Shown here: positions 40,680-52,056 of the stretch, in pieces
Position numbering within the stretch: position 1 is the stretch's first letter
How the letters are laid out: every line of letters begins with the position of its first letter
Origin: an uncultured virus (IMG/VR IMGVR_UViG_3300021957_005284)
Lineage: Duplodnaviria; Heunggongvirae; Uroviricota; Caudoviricetes
IMG/VR virus record: IMGVR_UViG_3300021957_005284
Length of the DNA stretch: 64,000 nt
Direction: 5' to 3' (one strand)
The notes under the pieces: model-generated
Database searches by the model: none
The model's input: the letters and a program-made list of their open reading frames with translations, nothing else
Told to the model about the DNA's origin: nothing
Translations under genes and position numbers: made by a program

Positions 40680-41330
40680 CTATTGTTTATTAAATTCATC
40701 TTCGAAATCAGGATACTTTTCCTTAAATGCGTTTAGTAAATCATAAGTATAACCTTTTTGTTTCTTAGTTATATCTCTCAAATTTACCTCTTGAAAAAGT
40801 TCAGATGCTAACTGAATACATTTGTACCCATAGAAGAATAATAATGAATCTTCTATACTATCATCTTTGAGATATGTTTTTAACGAATCGTGAATGTATC
40901 TCGCATCGTTAACTAACTCTTTTGCTTTATCTTTTTCTATTGCCATAACTTACCAATTACCATTATCGTGTAGAGATTGGAATCCACCTGTCTTTCTATA
41001 CTCTTCGTTTTTATGTCCAAGTTCTACCCAATCATCTCCATATTTTTCTCTTGTATCAGAATATATCTTTCTGTCGTGATATCCATCTTCTAATAAAAGG
41101 TCTTGTAACTCATCTTCACCATAAACTTCTTTATTAGTTTCAACGAACTCCTCTTGGAAATCCCAATCGTAAAGATTCGCTTGTAGATAATCCCAAAGTT
41201 CTTCTGATGTATTTCCCTCATATGGAGGTTCGCATTTTCTTAGTTTGTCAACATCAACCTCAATTGGTTCTTCTGTTGCTTCCCATAAGGTGTATTTCTC
41301 ACACCTTCTTACATAAAATTTTTCACTCAT
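40680..41330 (-). CDS. Two hypothetical proteins (40680-40946, 40950-41330)
   Basis: Abutting ORFs downstream of an early promoter. Confidence 0.55.
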
Positions 41331-41498
41331 GATTTATTAATTTAAATTTATTATACAGTTTCTCTTTTTCTAAGAACTGCGTAGTTTTTTCTTTTGATTT
41401 TTTTGTTTACACTTTTAGTAGCCGTGCTTTCTAAATGCATTTTTCTTTTTTGTGATAGCTTTTTACTCATTGTTTTATATTTAAAATTTATATTACTA

Positions 41499-41530
41499 CA
41501 AATATACGAAAAATATTTTAAAGCTCCAAA
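41499..41530 (-). promoter_or_regulatory. Bacteroidota sigma70-type promoter
   Basis: TTTG-N20-TATATTTG, a perfect consensus match. Confidence 0.85.
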
Positions 41531-41546
41531 TTATTTTACACTTTTT

Positions 41547-41768
41547 TTAATGGGTAACTATTATTTCACCTGTATTCCAAGATGGTATATAGTAATTAAA
41601 TCCATGTTTATCAAGAATCTCATCTTGAATTCTTTTTTGTAGTTTGTGAGAATTGCCAGTAATTATTGTACATTGAAACACCTCATCTTGTGATTGTAAC
41701 AAAACAAAATCCTCTGCTGCAAATACTGCTTCATCATGGGTAAATCCATGTAAATCTATTTCATTCAT
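41547..41768 (-). CDS. Stand-alone Smr-domain protein
   Basis: IDLHG...EA, IITG.S and N.G motifs. Confidence 0.85.
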   Translation of the reverse strand: MNEIDLHGFTHDEAVFAAEDFVLLQSQDEVFQCTIITGNSHKLQKRIQDEILDKHGFNYYIPSWNTGEIIVTH

Positions 41769-43099
41769 AAATAAACTTTTTTTAAATCTTCTATTGGTGT
41801 ATCAAAAAATTCTATATCATCTCCAAATACAAACTTACCAACTTTATATAATATTTTATTTTCTTTTATGGTTAAATCCCATACAAGTTGTTGATTTTTA
41901 AGAAATCTATCTTTGTTATTTTCATATATTTTTTTTATATCAAGTGTTGATAATCGTTTTAATTCTTTAACTAAAAAAGGTATTCGTTTATTATCATTAT
42001 ATCCATCTATTGTTAAATCCATATCATTCGATATTCTATTAATATATCCTGGCTGATTACTTCCATCATCATAATCGTGATTTATTATATCATCAAACAA
42101 ATCAAAACCAACATCTCTTAAATCTTGTATAATTCCTTCGTGACCAAATATCATTGGGAACTGTAAGTTATAAAATGGTTTTAAACATTTTTCTGTTTTG
42201 AATGGCCATAGACCTGTACTTGATTCTGTAACAACATCTATATAAGTTTTTTCTGCTGCGTTTATTTGAATACCAAACCTATTTATTTCATCTATTTCAG
42301 ATTCCCACGGCAGTATTAATCTTTTTACATTTAATTTTTCTAAATAAGTTTTAAAATTTAGTTGGAGCTTTAAATCTTGTGGTGGGTTTAAATATGATAC
42401 ATATCCTTTATCTAATAAGTTTTCTTCGGTTAAATAATGTATCAGTAAACTTCGATGTGTACGAGTTTCATTATTTAATGATAAAAATAATCTTTCTTTT
42501 AATTCAGGTTTCCAAGATAACCCATAGGTTAATTTGTTTGAATATCGAAGTGCCTCGGTAGTATCTCCATGAATCATACGATTACTTTTTCCACAGAATA
42601 ATAGTAGACCAGAATGTTTCTCACTAAAAAATTCAACATTAGGATATTGGTGTTGAATTGAAGAATAATCATAAAAGGGTGTTAGCCATTTTACTGTTTT
42701 TAATTTTAATATCTTATCAAACTCTAAATCAAATAATATTCGTTTACAATCTGCATTAAGTGAAAAGCCCTCACCCAACTCATCGCATACAAGAGTATCA
42801 CAAGTAATATTGTGGGTTGAAAATAAACTAATTTCGGTTTTTGTAAACTTTCTAATATGAAAAACATGACCTATTATATAATCCCAATGTGTATTTGCAA
42901 ATCTTTCAATATCATCTAAATTATAGAGAGTATCATATTCTGTTGTTAGACTAAAGTTTAATCCACAGAAAGTAGAATTCTGTAAATCGCAATTAGGTTC
43001 TAGTAGTAAAATTCTCTTATTGTGAATTTTTGTTTTAAATAAATTTTCTATGCTTATTTGCCTTTCCATAAAAATTGAACCATCAATATTGCAACACAT
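41765..43099 (-). CDS. Putative glycosyltransferase (GT10-like C-terminus)
   Basis: LN...R.HR, DVVTES...TEK..KP.....P...G......L...GF..F......YD. Confidence 0.5.
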   Translation of the reverse strand: MCCNIDGSIFMERQISIENLFKTKIHNKRILLLEPNCDLQNSTFCGLNFSLTTEYDTLYNLDDIERFANTHWDYIIGHVFHIRKFTKTEISLFSTHNITCDTLVCDELGEGFSLNADCKRILFDLEFDKILKLKTVKWLTPFYDYSSIQHQYPNVEFFSEKHSGLLLFCGKSNRMIHGDTTEALRYSNKLTYGLSWKPELKERLFLSLNNETRTHRSLLIHYLTEENLLDKGYVSYLNPPQDLKLQLNFKTYLEKLNVKRLILPWESEIDEINRFGIQINAAEKTYIDVVTESSTGLWPFKTEKCLKPFYNLQFPMIFGHEGIIQDLRDVGFDLFDDIINHDYDDGSNQPGYINRISNDMDLTIDGYNDNKRIPFLVKELKRLSTLDIKKIYENNKDRFLKNQQLVWDLTIKENKILYKVGKFVFGDDIEFFDTPIEDLKKVYL

Positions 43100-43419
43100 A
43101 AAACAATTTGGACAGATATTTTTGGTGTTATATGTTGTTTAAATAACCAAGATGTTAGAATGGTATATGATATTATACCTATTACAAAACCAATAAATCT
43201 ATTAGGCCACAAATCTCCTTCAAAAGCAGTTACTCCATAGTATGTTCCTTTTAAAAAGAACCAAGTGATTGGTATTGCCATTAGATACCAACCCCACCAT
43301 TCTGGTGGAAATCGTTTATCTAAAAATTGGTAGTTATGTTGTAGGTAAGCCCCGGTCTGACCGAGTGTTATTAGGATTACTGCGTATAATAAAAATAACC
43401 AATTGAATTTTTCTTCCAT
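43054..43419 (-). CDS. Four-TM membrane protein (SMR/DMT-like size)
   Basis: Four hydrophobic segments in 121 aa. Confidence 0.5.
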   Translation of the reverse strand: MEEKFNWLFLLYAVILITLGQTGAYLQHNYQFLDKRFPPEWWGWYLMAIPITWFFLKGTYYGVTAFEGDLWPNRFIGFVIGIISYTILTSWLFKQHITPKISVQIVLCVAILMVQFLWKGK

Positions 43420-45228
43420 TTACATTAATTTTTTCTTTTTAATTCCCAACTCTTCGTGTATCATATCTAGTGTTGGTTTCTCTCCATTTGCGCCAAAAAA
43501 CAATTCTCCATTTATCCATGTGTAATGTTCTTGTGCTGTTTCATTCTCTTTCATAAGTTCGTGGAATATTCCTCGATTGTAAATAGAGTATGGTAGATTA
43601 TAATCTTTAAAAACCTGTTCTATTTCATTTAACCAATTTAATCTATCTTGTGTAGTGTTGTACATGGTATCAAATATAACAGAGTTCCTATGTTGGATAA
43701 GAGGTTCTCCCTCTGCTATCCATTTATTTTGTAGTGTAGTGTGTAATAAAAATGCAGAACAAGTGAGTATCTCTGACATACAATCATTATATTCTTTTAC
43801 GAAATCAACTGTTCGTTGAAAATCTTCTCGCGTTTCATTTAAATAACCAATAATAAGTTGCATTGCAAATTGCATCTTTGGTGCGTGAGGTCTTTCTTTT
43901 TGTAATACTTTATTTATACTTCGTACATTATCAAAGATTTCTCGTACACCTTCCATGTTTGTATATTTCTTCATATGTTTTAAAACAGGTTCAGATGCCG
44001 ATTCAAAACCAGTAATCATTTTAGATAACCCCGCTCTTCGGAATAACCACATAGTATCCAAATCTCTCATTACATTCTGCAATCTCATATTTCCACCAAA
44101 ATCAATTTGGTACTCACCCCATTTATCGATTATCATTTCACAAAATTGCATTAACCATTTTGGGTTTCCATTTATAATACTATCGTGCATAAAGAAACTT
44201 TTTCTTCCCTTATTTACCCAATACTCCATTTCTTCCATAACACTTTCGTGAGTTCTATATCGGAATACAGGTATAAATTCAGGTACCGAACAAAAGGTAC
44301 AACGATAAGGACATCCTCTACTTAATACAAGTGGAACTGAATATTGGTATGTAGAGTGGTAATAATAGTTTTCTTCCAAAGATGAATAATCAGGCATTGG
44401 AAGTGAGTTCATATCTATATTTTCTCTCGATGGATTATGAGTTAATTCCATTGGAGTATCTATATGTTCACCAGTTGATTTTCTCCAAACAATCCCTTTT
44501 ATCTTTGAAAGAGATTCATCACTCATATCACATTTAAGAATCTCTACGAATGTTGCTTCACCATCACCTCTTGAGAATACATCTACAAAATTATAATCTA
44601 TTGTAGTGTATTTTGAGTTAGGTAACATACCGAAATCTAAAACCTCGATTCCATTACCACCCATAAGAATTTTAATATGAGGGTATTTCTTTTTTATTAA
44701 ACTTGCTATTGCAAGAGATGCGTCTATGTTACCATCAATAATACTTAAACCAAAAAATGCAGGATTACATTTATCAATGTATTTAAAAATAAACCCTTCA
44801 CATATATCGTGTATTTCTTGGAACTTAAGAAGTTCTTCCCATTCACCTTGTCTTGCGTAGGTGTTAAACATTTGAAAGAAATCGGATTCTTTATCGGGTG
44901 GATTTAAATAAAAGTAATCTATGACCGGGTCTATAATCTCAACATTCAAATCCGAGTGGAACTTATCCACATATGATTTTAAGGCAACAACCCCCGCGTA
45001 ATAACCCGATTCGTTTATATTTGGTACTTGCATCAAAAGAGCATCTTGTTCTCCAATAACTTCATATCGGAATTGATGTTTAAACTCCTCACCCTTTGCC
45101 TTTTGTTTGAGGTAATAATCTTTTGCTCTTTTTGATTGAGACATATATTGAACCAAATCAATCTTTAAATCAGTTTGAGCAATGTTATTATCTATTTGAT
45201 GTTTTATTCTTTTTTCAACCTCGTTCAT
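43420..45228 (-). CDS. Cobalamin-binding radical SAM enzyme (class B methyltransferase-like)
   Basis: GLS...P..KI.MGG...GDGE B12 domain; SRGCPYRCTFC (CxxxCxxC); GFES.S..VL..M.K. Confidence 0.88.
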   Translation of the reverse strand: MNEVEKRIKHQIDNNIAQTDLKIDLVQYMSQSKRAKDYYLKQKAKGEEFKHQFRYEVIGEQDALLMQVPNINESGYYAGVVALKSYVDKFHSDLNVEIIDPVIDYFYLNPPDKESDFFQMFNTYARQGEWEELLKFQEIHDICEGFIFKYIDKCNPAFFGLSIIDGNIDASLAIASLIKKKYPHIKILMGGNGIEVLDFGMLPNSKYTTIDYNFVDVFSRGDGEATFVEILKCDMSDESLSKIKGIVWRKSTGEHIDTPMELTHNPSRENIDMNSLPMPDYSSLEENYYYHSTYQYSVPLVLSRGCPYRCTFCSVPEFIPVFRYRTHESVMEEMEYWVNKGRKSFFMHDSIINGNPKWLMQFCEMIIDKWGEYQIDFGGNMRLQNVMRDLDTMWLFRRAGLSKMITGFESASEPVLKHMKKYTNMEGVREIFDNVRSINKVLQKERPHAPKMQFAMQLIIGYLNETREDFQRTVDFVKEYNDCMSEILTCSAFLLHTTLQNKWIAEGEPLIQHRNSVIFDTMYNTTQDRLNWLNEIEQVFKDYNLPYSIYNRGIFHELMKENETAQEHYTWINGELFFGANGEKPTLDMIHEELGIKKKKLM

Positions 45229-45341
45229 GTGAAAACTAAAATCGTGTCGGTTTTTTAAAAATTTTTTACTAACCCAGTCGGAGAATTTTTCCCTTTCTTT
45301 TTATTGATAGTATTATAAATATAATGTCCCCTCGCTTTTTA

Positions 45342-45758
45342 TTAACTTACAAGTTCTTTTCCCTTTTTTCTTTCCCATAAGATAAGTTCGTTAATAAGAG
45401 AACAAAGTTCGTATTCTTCCCTTTCTTCGTTATGTATCAAGAGTAGGGTCAACCACTTACGAGGAAACATATCAAGAAGTTCCCACTTTCCTTTTGTAGT
45501 ATCTCCTATCCTCATATAGTGTCTTACCCATAGTTGAGTGAGTTCCTCTTTATCTCCTTGTGTGATTTCCCATAACTCTGACCAGTCCTTGGGAGATAAG
45601 GGTATAGGGTTACCTTTCTGTATATCAGCAAATAACATAGTTTTTTCTATTTCAACTTGTCTTTCTATCCAATCTTGATTAGGAGTCCTATTGGTTCCGA
45701 ACATATCATCATCTTGTTCTTCATCATCGTTAGGTAAGAAATCATTCCAATCTTTCAT
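45342..45758 (-). CDS. Hypothetical protein with UVR-like motif
   Basis: EEREEYELC..I. Confidence 0.55.
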   Translation of the reverse strand: MKDWNDFLPNDDEEQDDDMFGTNRTPNQDWIERQVEIEKTMLFADIQKGNPIPLSPKDWSELWEITQGDKEELTQLWVRHYMRIGDTTKGKWELLDMFPRKWLTLLLIHNEEREEYELCSLINELILWERKKGKELVS

Positions 45759-45979
45759 AGTTGTTAGTTATATACTGAGTTTACTTTAATGTGGTACCGT
45801 TCTTAATTGTTATAGGGTTATTCTTTGATATATTAGATTTACCGAAATTTTTTTGGAGAGAATTTTTTTTTCTTTCCATCATATCATCAAATTCTTTATC
45901 TATACTAAATGTGTTTCCTATATTCATAATCGAGGTTGTAAACTTTTGTGCTACACTCCTTGTATATAAATATCATAGA

Positions 45980-46557
45980 TTACACATTGTATAGGTAAAG
46001 ACCGTACCCAATTAATAAATTTAAATTAATTATTACTAAATTCCATTGCTTAGCAAGAAATACTTGAGGAATTGATAATACCGCTCCAATTAAGTAAGTA
46101 TATGCACCTATGTTATCATAGGGTAGTAAATAAGGGGAAATCATAATAAACCCACTTCCCATATAACCTAATCGATTACCTAACCTTTCTTCTGGTGTTA
46201 GTTCTCTTTGTTTAACTAGTAATCGTAATAGTGTACCTTTCCATGTATTCTCACAAGAACGACAAGTTTTTTTTCTTTTGTTCTTATACCATACATCTGG
46301 TCTTTTCTTATTACATACATTACATCTTCTCATTGTGGGTCTTAATCATCATTAGTGTCATCAAACTTATCCGCAAAACTTCCAATAAAGTTTACGAGAA
46401 ATAAAAATACATACCAAGGCCATAGAGTTATTTGTAGAACTCTTTCTCCATTTACCCATGGTGGTCCAACTCCAAACTTTGTGGTTAAGTATTCTACTAT
46501 TGCAGTCCATATCAACCCTATGATAAAATAACTACTTAAAAATTGTATCAAATCCAT
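45980..46557 (-). CDS. Two small membrane proteins (45980-46333 with N-terminal CxxC...CxxC; 46342-46557)
   Basis: Hydrophobic segments; Zn-ribbon cysteines. Confidence 0.55.
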
Positions 46558-46563
46558 ATTATG

Positions 46564-46600
46564 TAAATATACGAAAAATATCTGAGACTACAATGGTCTT
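46564..46600 (-). promoter_or_regulatory. Phage early promoter
   Basis: TTG-TAGTCTC-N12-TATATTTA; ATG only 6 nt downstream of the -7 box. Confidence 0.8.
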
Positions 46601-46615
46601 TTAAAGTTTTTATTT

Positions 46616-47287
46616 TTATGATGCTATTTCATTAGGACCAGTAATTTCACATGATGAAAAAGTATCGTTCATATCTTTTATAAGTTTTCCACATAAAACA
46701 TATCTTTCATACTTGATATTATTATCGTATAAGGTTTTATAAATATCTAAATGTGGGTCATCATAATCATATCTATCAAAAGAATTAATATATTTTTTTA
46801 TTATACTAGGTTTTCCAAAAAAGAAATAATCATTACACCATATTGCATTAGGATATTCATCTGTTGTACGATAAGGAAGATTGTTGTGATGTAAATAAAT
46901 TGTATCTTCTTGAATATCTAAATCTAAAATTTTATCCCAATCCGAATATAAATCGCATCTATGTAATATTATCTTATCATACTGATTTATGTTTTCAATA
47001 TTGTTTATTGAAGTTTTCCAATGATGAACCATTAAGTGGAAAGTAAATCCATGTTTAGATAACATAGTATTTATTTCAATACTATTTTGATTTGATATAT
47101 GAATTTTTTTTATATTTGGTATAGTGTTTAGAATTAAATTTTCATCTACTAATGTTTTTTCACCATTAATAACATTTTCTGACCAAGTAGAAATAACAAC
47201 ATCAACATCATCTATTCTTTTTAGATGAGGTATTACATATTCAAATGTTCTTAACTGACCAAATAATATTAATAAGTTAGTTCCCAC
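46616..47287 (-). CDS. GT-like protein, FGQxR family (paralogue 1)
   Basis: LFGQLRTF, DV.ISTW, YD..I..R.D and D..F.G motifs. Confidence 0.55.
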   Translation of the reverse strand: MGTNLLILFGQLRTFEYVIPHLKRIDDVDVVISTWSENVINGEKTLVDENLILNTIPNIKKIHISNQNSIEINTMLSKHGFTFHLMVHHWKTSINNIENINQYDKIILHRCDLYSDWDKILDLDIQEDTIYLHHNNLPYRTTDEYPNAIWCNDYFFFGKPSIIKKYINSFDRYDYDDPHLDIYKTLYDNNIKYERYVLCGKLIKDMNDTFSSCEITGPNEIAS

Positions 47288-47568
47288 GACCAGTTTTTCT
47301 TATTCCACTATTCATTCTTTTATTATTAGTTCTTGCAGAAAAGTTTTGATTTTTTCCTTTTTTACTTATATTATTTTTTTTGTTTCCGAAAAATTTACTT
47401 CCCATCGTGATGTCTCCTTTTTATTTTATCTACTTTCTTTCTTAAATTTTTATTATCTGCTCTTTGTCTTTTTTCAATAGTTTCCAAAACTTCTTTTGTT
47501 TGTTTTCTTTTTTTTCTTGCCAAGTATGACTTGTACATTCTTTTTTCTCTATCCATAATATTAATTTT

Positions 47569-47829
47569 TTACCATTTTCCTAATGGACATTGTGAAGATG
47601 GGGATAATGTTTTAGCTGATATATTACACCCACATCCAACTTTCCTTTCATTTGTTATAACATGATAACCGTAAATTTGAGGTGAGCAGGTATTACCTTG
47701 TCTTAATGCACATTCATTACATAACTGTAATCTTTTTTTTGATACTGCTTTAGTGACAGGGTCAACTGCATCAAATTGGTCTTTGATTACATTTGCCCAT
47801 CCTTCTATAATTTCTCTTATTTGACTCAT
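47569..47829 (-). CDS. Cys-rich Zn-binding small protein (DUF6171-like)
   Basis: RL..C..C...C...GCGC....KT......CPLGKW. Confidence 0.7.
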   Translation of the reverse strand: MSQIREIIEGWANVIKDQFDAVDPVTKAVSKKRLQLCNECALRQGNTCSPQIYGYHVITNERKVGCGCNISAKTLSPSSQCPLGKW

Positions 47830-48179
47830 TTGGATAATTGTTTTTTTACATTATCTGAAAGTTTATCATCATAATAAGTACTTCTCATAGCGTTTAAGAT
47901 TAATTGTTCCTTAGTAGTATAATAACCTCTATCTATTATATCAGAAATTAAATCTCTAACTTTATGTATAACTTCATCATCAAGTTTATCATTAAGTTTA
48001 TAATTTGAAAGATACTTATCTAAAACAATCAAACCACCTTTAGTTTCATCTGTTAACTCATGTTTGTAAATCTCGAAACCTTTTGTTCCTGCCATTGTTA
48101 ATAACTTTTTAAAACTTTTTTTTCGTTTTCTTTTTTCCTTAGTATATATAGCTAGTAATAGGGGGTTGGGGGTTAAAAA

Positions 48180-49412
48180 TTATAAAAACTTTCCTTTAAA
48201 ATTACCAACCATATACTTAGAAGCTTTACTACTAGCATTTTTATTTTTTCGTTTAGCATTCAATAACACATTTCTCAACCTACCACCATTTTCTTGAATG
48301 TATCTTTGACCGTTTTGGAGGTCTTTAAAATTATCAATTCTAGATAATATATAATCTTGGAATCTTTTTAGAGAAAAAGGTTCCTTCTTTATAGTATATA
48401 ACAAATCAGAACTAATTGAATTAAATTCTAAAAATTCTTCTGCAGTATAAACATAAGGTGGAATTGTTTTGTGTTCATTAATATTTAATTTATACATTTC
48501 GTGTGGATATAACTTATTTATTATTTCTACATAAATTAACGCCTCGTGTGCTAACATTGAATAAATTAATGGAAAATGTTCTTTAAAAGACTTGAATACA
48601 AGAAACTTAAAACCAAGTTCTCTTGCATGTTGTTTAGATGTATCAATGTTTTGTAATCCATATAAATTTTTTAATGTAGCTCCCAAGTTCTGTCTATCAA
48701 TATCGATAACACGAATTTTAGATGAATCAAATCCATTTGGTGGAAATGTTAATAGTTTTAAAATAAACATTAGATTACTTTCTTTATGGTCGTAATTAAT
48801 TTCGTTAATAACTCTTGTTGTATCTTCTGCCCACATATCTACCATTGATTTAACTATATCATAGTACATTGGCATAAATTCATTATTCGTTCCAAATGAT
48901 TGTACATTTGGAAATCTATTATCCGCAGTTACTTCGTAATAATGTATAAATGCATCTATCTCTGCTTTATTATATCCTATTGATTTTATATGTTTTAAAA
49001 ATATTGGATTATCTAAAGCTTCCCTATTGGTTTGTTTTAAGAAAACATCTTGTATATAACCAGTAATCATTTTTTCTATTGGGTTTCTGATTACAAATAC
49101 CCAATCTTTTCTACAAGATTTACCATTTAATAGAGATTCCCAATCTCTATATAGTTCTTGTACCAACTCATCTTTTATATAATCAATATCATTGCGTCGA
49201 TTGAGTTGCATAGTAGCTATATCAAACGAATCTCTATGCTCAAGACCTTTATATTCACCTTTACCAAACATTTTATATGCCCAAGAAGATGCAACTTTAG
49301 GGTTACAACAATAATAAAACTTATCTGTAATGTATATTTGGAAGTGAGTATTAGCTCGTTCTTCCATTTTAAATTTTTTAATTTCTCTCATTGGATATAA
49401 AAAGTTTATCAA
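48180..49412 (-). CDS. Sulfotransferase family 2-like protein
   Basis: PKVASS 5'-PSB loop and RNP.EK..TGY 3'-PB motif. Confidence 0.65.
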   Translation of the reverse strand: MINFLYPMREIKKFKMEERANTHFQIYITDKFYYCCNPKVASSWAYKMFGKGEYKGLEHRDSFDIATMQLNRRNDIDYIKDELVQELYRDWESLLNGKSCRKDWVFVIRNPIEKMITGYIQDVFLKQTNREALDNPIFLKHIKSIGYNKAEIDAFIHYYEVTADNRFPNVQSFGTNNEFMPMYYDIVKSMVDMWAEDTTRVINEINYDHKESNLMFILKLLTFPPNGFDSSKIRVIDIDRQNLGATLKNLYGLQNIDTSKQHARELGFKFLVFKSFKEHFPLIYSMLAHEALIYVEIINKLYPHEMYKLNINEHKTIPPYVYTAEEFLEFNSISSDLLYTIKKEPFSLKRFQDYILSRIDNFKDLQNGQRYIQENGGRLRNVLLNAKRKNKNASSKASKYMVGNFKGKFL

Positions 49413-49700
49413 CCAAGAATATGTGTTGAATGTAGTTTAGTAAAATTTTTGTTTTGGTAAGATTCTTTTGAGATTGAAAGTAATTAGCCATTTCCCTCAA
49501 AACTTCAGTATCAATTAGAGGTTTAGTTAAATCGTGGAGAATGAAAGGTTCTCTTTTCAGTTTTTGATATAATGATTTTTCAGTATGAACACCCATTAAT
49601 ATATCATAACTATTGTTACAACCTTCAGCCCACAATTCGTGAGCCAATTTTTTATTTTCTTCACTCATTGTTAGGTAAATTATTTACCTATAAATATCAT

Positions 49701-50606
49701 CTAATTAATATTATAAATCGATTTATACCAATTTACAACATATTCGGATAACCATTTTGCTCCTTCAATGTTTAAGTGACCAGGATTTCCTTTCATATAC
49801 CCACCCTCTTGTCCACCAAGAGTTTCATCTGGATAATTTTCTAAAAATCCTAATACAGAGTTTTCATCTCGTATAGAACAATAGTGGTTATCCCACAAAT
49901 ATTCGGTTAATTCAGGTGTAAGTAAATCAAGTTGGTCGTGTCTTACTTCACCACAATTTAAATATTCCCATTCATCATCATTGTTCTTAGTTCTATTTCT
50001 AACTTGTATAGTATAGTTTTGACCATCTTGATTATCACCTGTAGGTATTGGAGTAAAAATTCCCTTCTGATTATCAATCATATCGAAAAATAAATAAGGA
50101 ATATTATTAGATTCACAATATTCTTTTACAAAAAGTATAGACCTGTAAGTTTTATGTAAGGCATCTGATATTGAACCGAACCAAGGTTGTAGTGCTTTTT
50201 TATTTATTTCTATTTCTTTAAGGGCTTGTGGGATTTGTGGGTCATTAATATCAACAAAATTAGGTGCAAAATCCCATGGAGATATGGTTACAGTCCATCT
50301 TGTGTTTGGAAAATCACCTTCTATAATTGGTTGATATATATTATACTGTCTACCAAATTCAGACCAGCCTATCATAACTACACATTCTTTGGCTTTTTCT
50401 TTGTTTTTCATTAACCAAGTAAGTGTTGTATTACAAATCCAATCGTTTGACATACCACCACAGGCTATGTTTATGGTTTCTAATCCAAGTTTTGGTCCAA
50501 CATAAGTTGCCCAACTTGCAACTTCTCCTTGTATATGTCCTTTAGTAAAGGAATCACCACAGGCAACTAAATATTTTTTTTTCATCTCTTTAACACTTAT
50601 CAACAA
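49701..50606 (-). CDS. SGNH-like hydrolase/acyltransferase
   Basis: GDSFT.G, N.A.GG.SN, IGWS...R, PGHLN..G. Confidence 0.75.
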   Translation of the reverse strand: MLISVKEMKKKYLVACGDSFTKGHIQGEVASWATYVGPKLGLETINIACGGMSNDWICNTTLTWLMKNKEKAKECVVMIGWSEFGRQYNIYQPIIEGDFPNTRWTVTISPWDFAPNFVDINDPQIPQALKEIEINKKALQPWFGSISDALHKTYRSILFVKEYCESNNIPYLFFDMIDNQKGIFTPIPTGDNQDGQNYTIQVRNRTKNNDDEWEYLNCGEVRHDQLDLLTPELTEYLWDNHYCSIRDENSVLGFLENYPDETLGGQEGGYMKGNPGHLNIEGAKWLSEYVVNWYKSIYNIN

Positions 50607-51367
50607 TATACTGACTTCTTATTTGGTTTAACCAAATTTTTTCTTCGAATGTATAAAATTGTTTTTGTTTAAGTTTAGTTAATTTGTTTATAGTATTCAT
50701 ACATTCTGATTGATAGTATATATCATCGAATGCAGTCATTTTTTCTGCAGTCCACTTTTGTAGTTTACTTAACAGAAGATAATGTTCATCTTCAAATTTA
50801 TATTTGTTTAATACCATCTGTTACCATTCAGTTATAATCTTGACAAATAAATATGCGAATAAACATCCTAATAGCAACAAGGGAATCATACAACCTACAA
50901 TACCTAGTGTTATTTTTTCATCTTCTATTTGTGAAGGAGTTTTCATTTTTTTCTTTTTTGAATATTATATTCATTAGCAAACATATTTAAAAGTTCTGCT
51001 TCTGATTCATAGTAATATCCCTTTTGTTCAATCTTTGTAATTAACTCTCTAACTTTACTGACAACATCTTCTCCAAATTCGTACATATTATCTGCTAACC
51101 ACGAATCTAATTTTTTAAGATGTTTTAATTGTTCTTTATCTACAAAAGTTGCGTTGTTGTACATATTAGTTACATTTACAATCTTTTTTATTTGTAAGTT
51201 TATAATCACTTTGAGCTGCATTTACACACCAAAGTAATGCTATTACTGGCCAAACAATATCTTTATCTGTTGTTAATCTTATACCAATACTAATAATAAT
51301 GGCAATTGTTGAAATAAGGTAAATAACCTTTAAGTAATTTTTCATATCTTTTTTTTTAATTGTTTTT

Positions 51368-51718
51368 TTATTTCCAAGGTAACATAGTTAAACCTATTAA
51401 ATTTAGAATAGTTTCCAAAACAATAATAAATACAATACCACCAACTATTTGCCATGTCCACCATTTCCAACCTTCTAAACTATCCACCCATTTTCTAAAT
51501 TTAGAGTTTCTTGCCTTTTCATATGCTCCACTCTTTTCACCTATCTTATCTGCCCAATAGTTTCCATCTAAAAAATCTTTGAGTTTTATTAAAGGGTAGA
51601 AGATAAAAGTTAGTACCTTGTGTATTTTTGTATTTCTAATTACTATACTTAATAATACCGCAAATATTAATGTACCTATTGCTAATAGGTTTATAATTGT
51701 TTCATCACTTAATTCCAT
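51368..51718 (-). CDS. Membrane protein
   Basis: Two to three TM segments, Trp-rich. Confidence 0.6.
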   Translation of the reverse strand: MELSDETIINLLAIGTLIFAVLLSIVIRNTKIHKVLTFIFYPLIKLKDFLDGNYWADKIGEKSGAYEKARNSKFRKWVDSLEGWKWWTWQIVGGIVFIIVLETILNLIGLTMLPWK

Positions 51719-52056
51719 ATTTTCTTATTTATTAATTATTCTTTCATATCTTTTTTAGCAGTTTCACATAACATATCCCATGCAAATAAAGGATTTATTC
51801 TTGAACCAATTCCCATATTGTAAAGTAATGTATCTACATCAGCACAAAATGAGTAGTAATCATCTTCTCTAATTTCTATCATAGTATTTAATTTAAATTT
51901 CTATTATTGTAATAGTCCAGAATACCCCACACCAAAATAGTATAGTGCCGAGTATAATAATAAAACACCCTAAATCAGGTCTCCTATTAATTCCATTTTC
52001 TTTATCTATTTTTTTATCTTCTTCTGATAACCAATGTTTAAACATAATTTATAATT

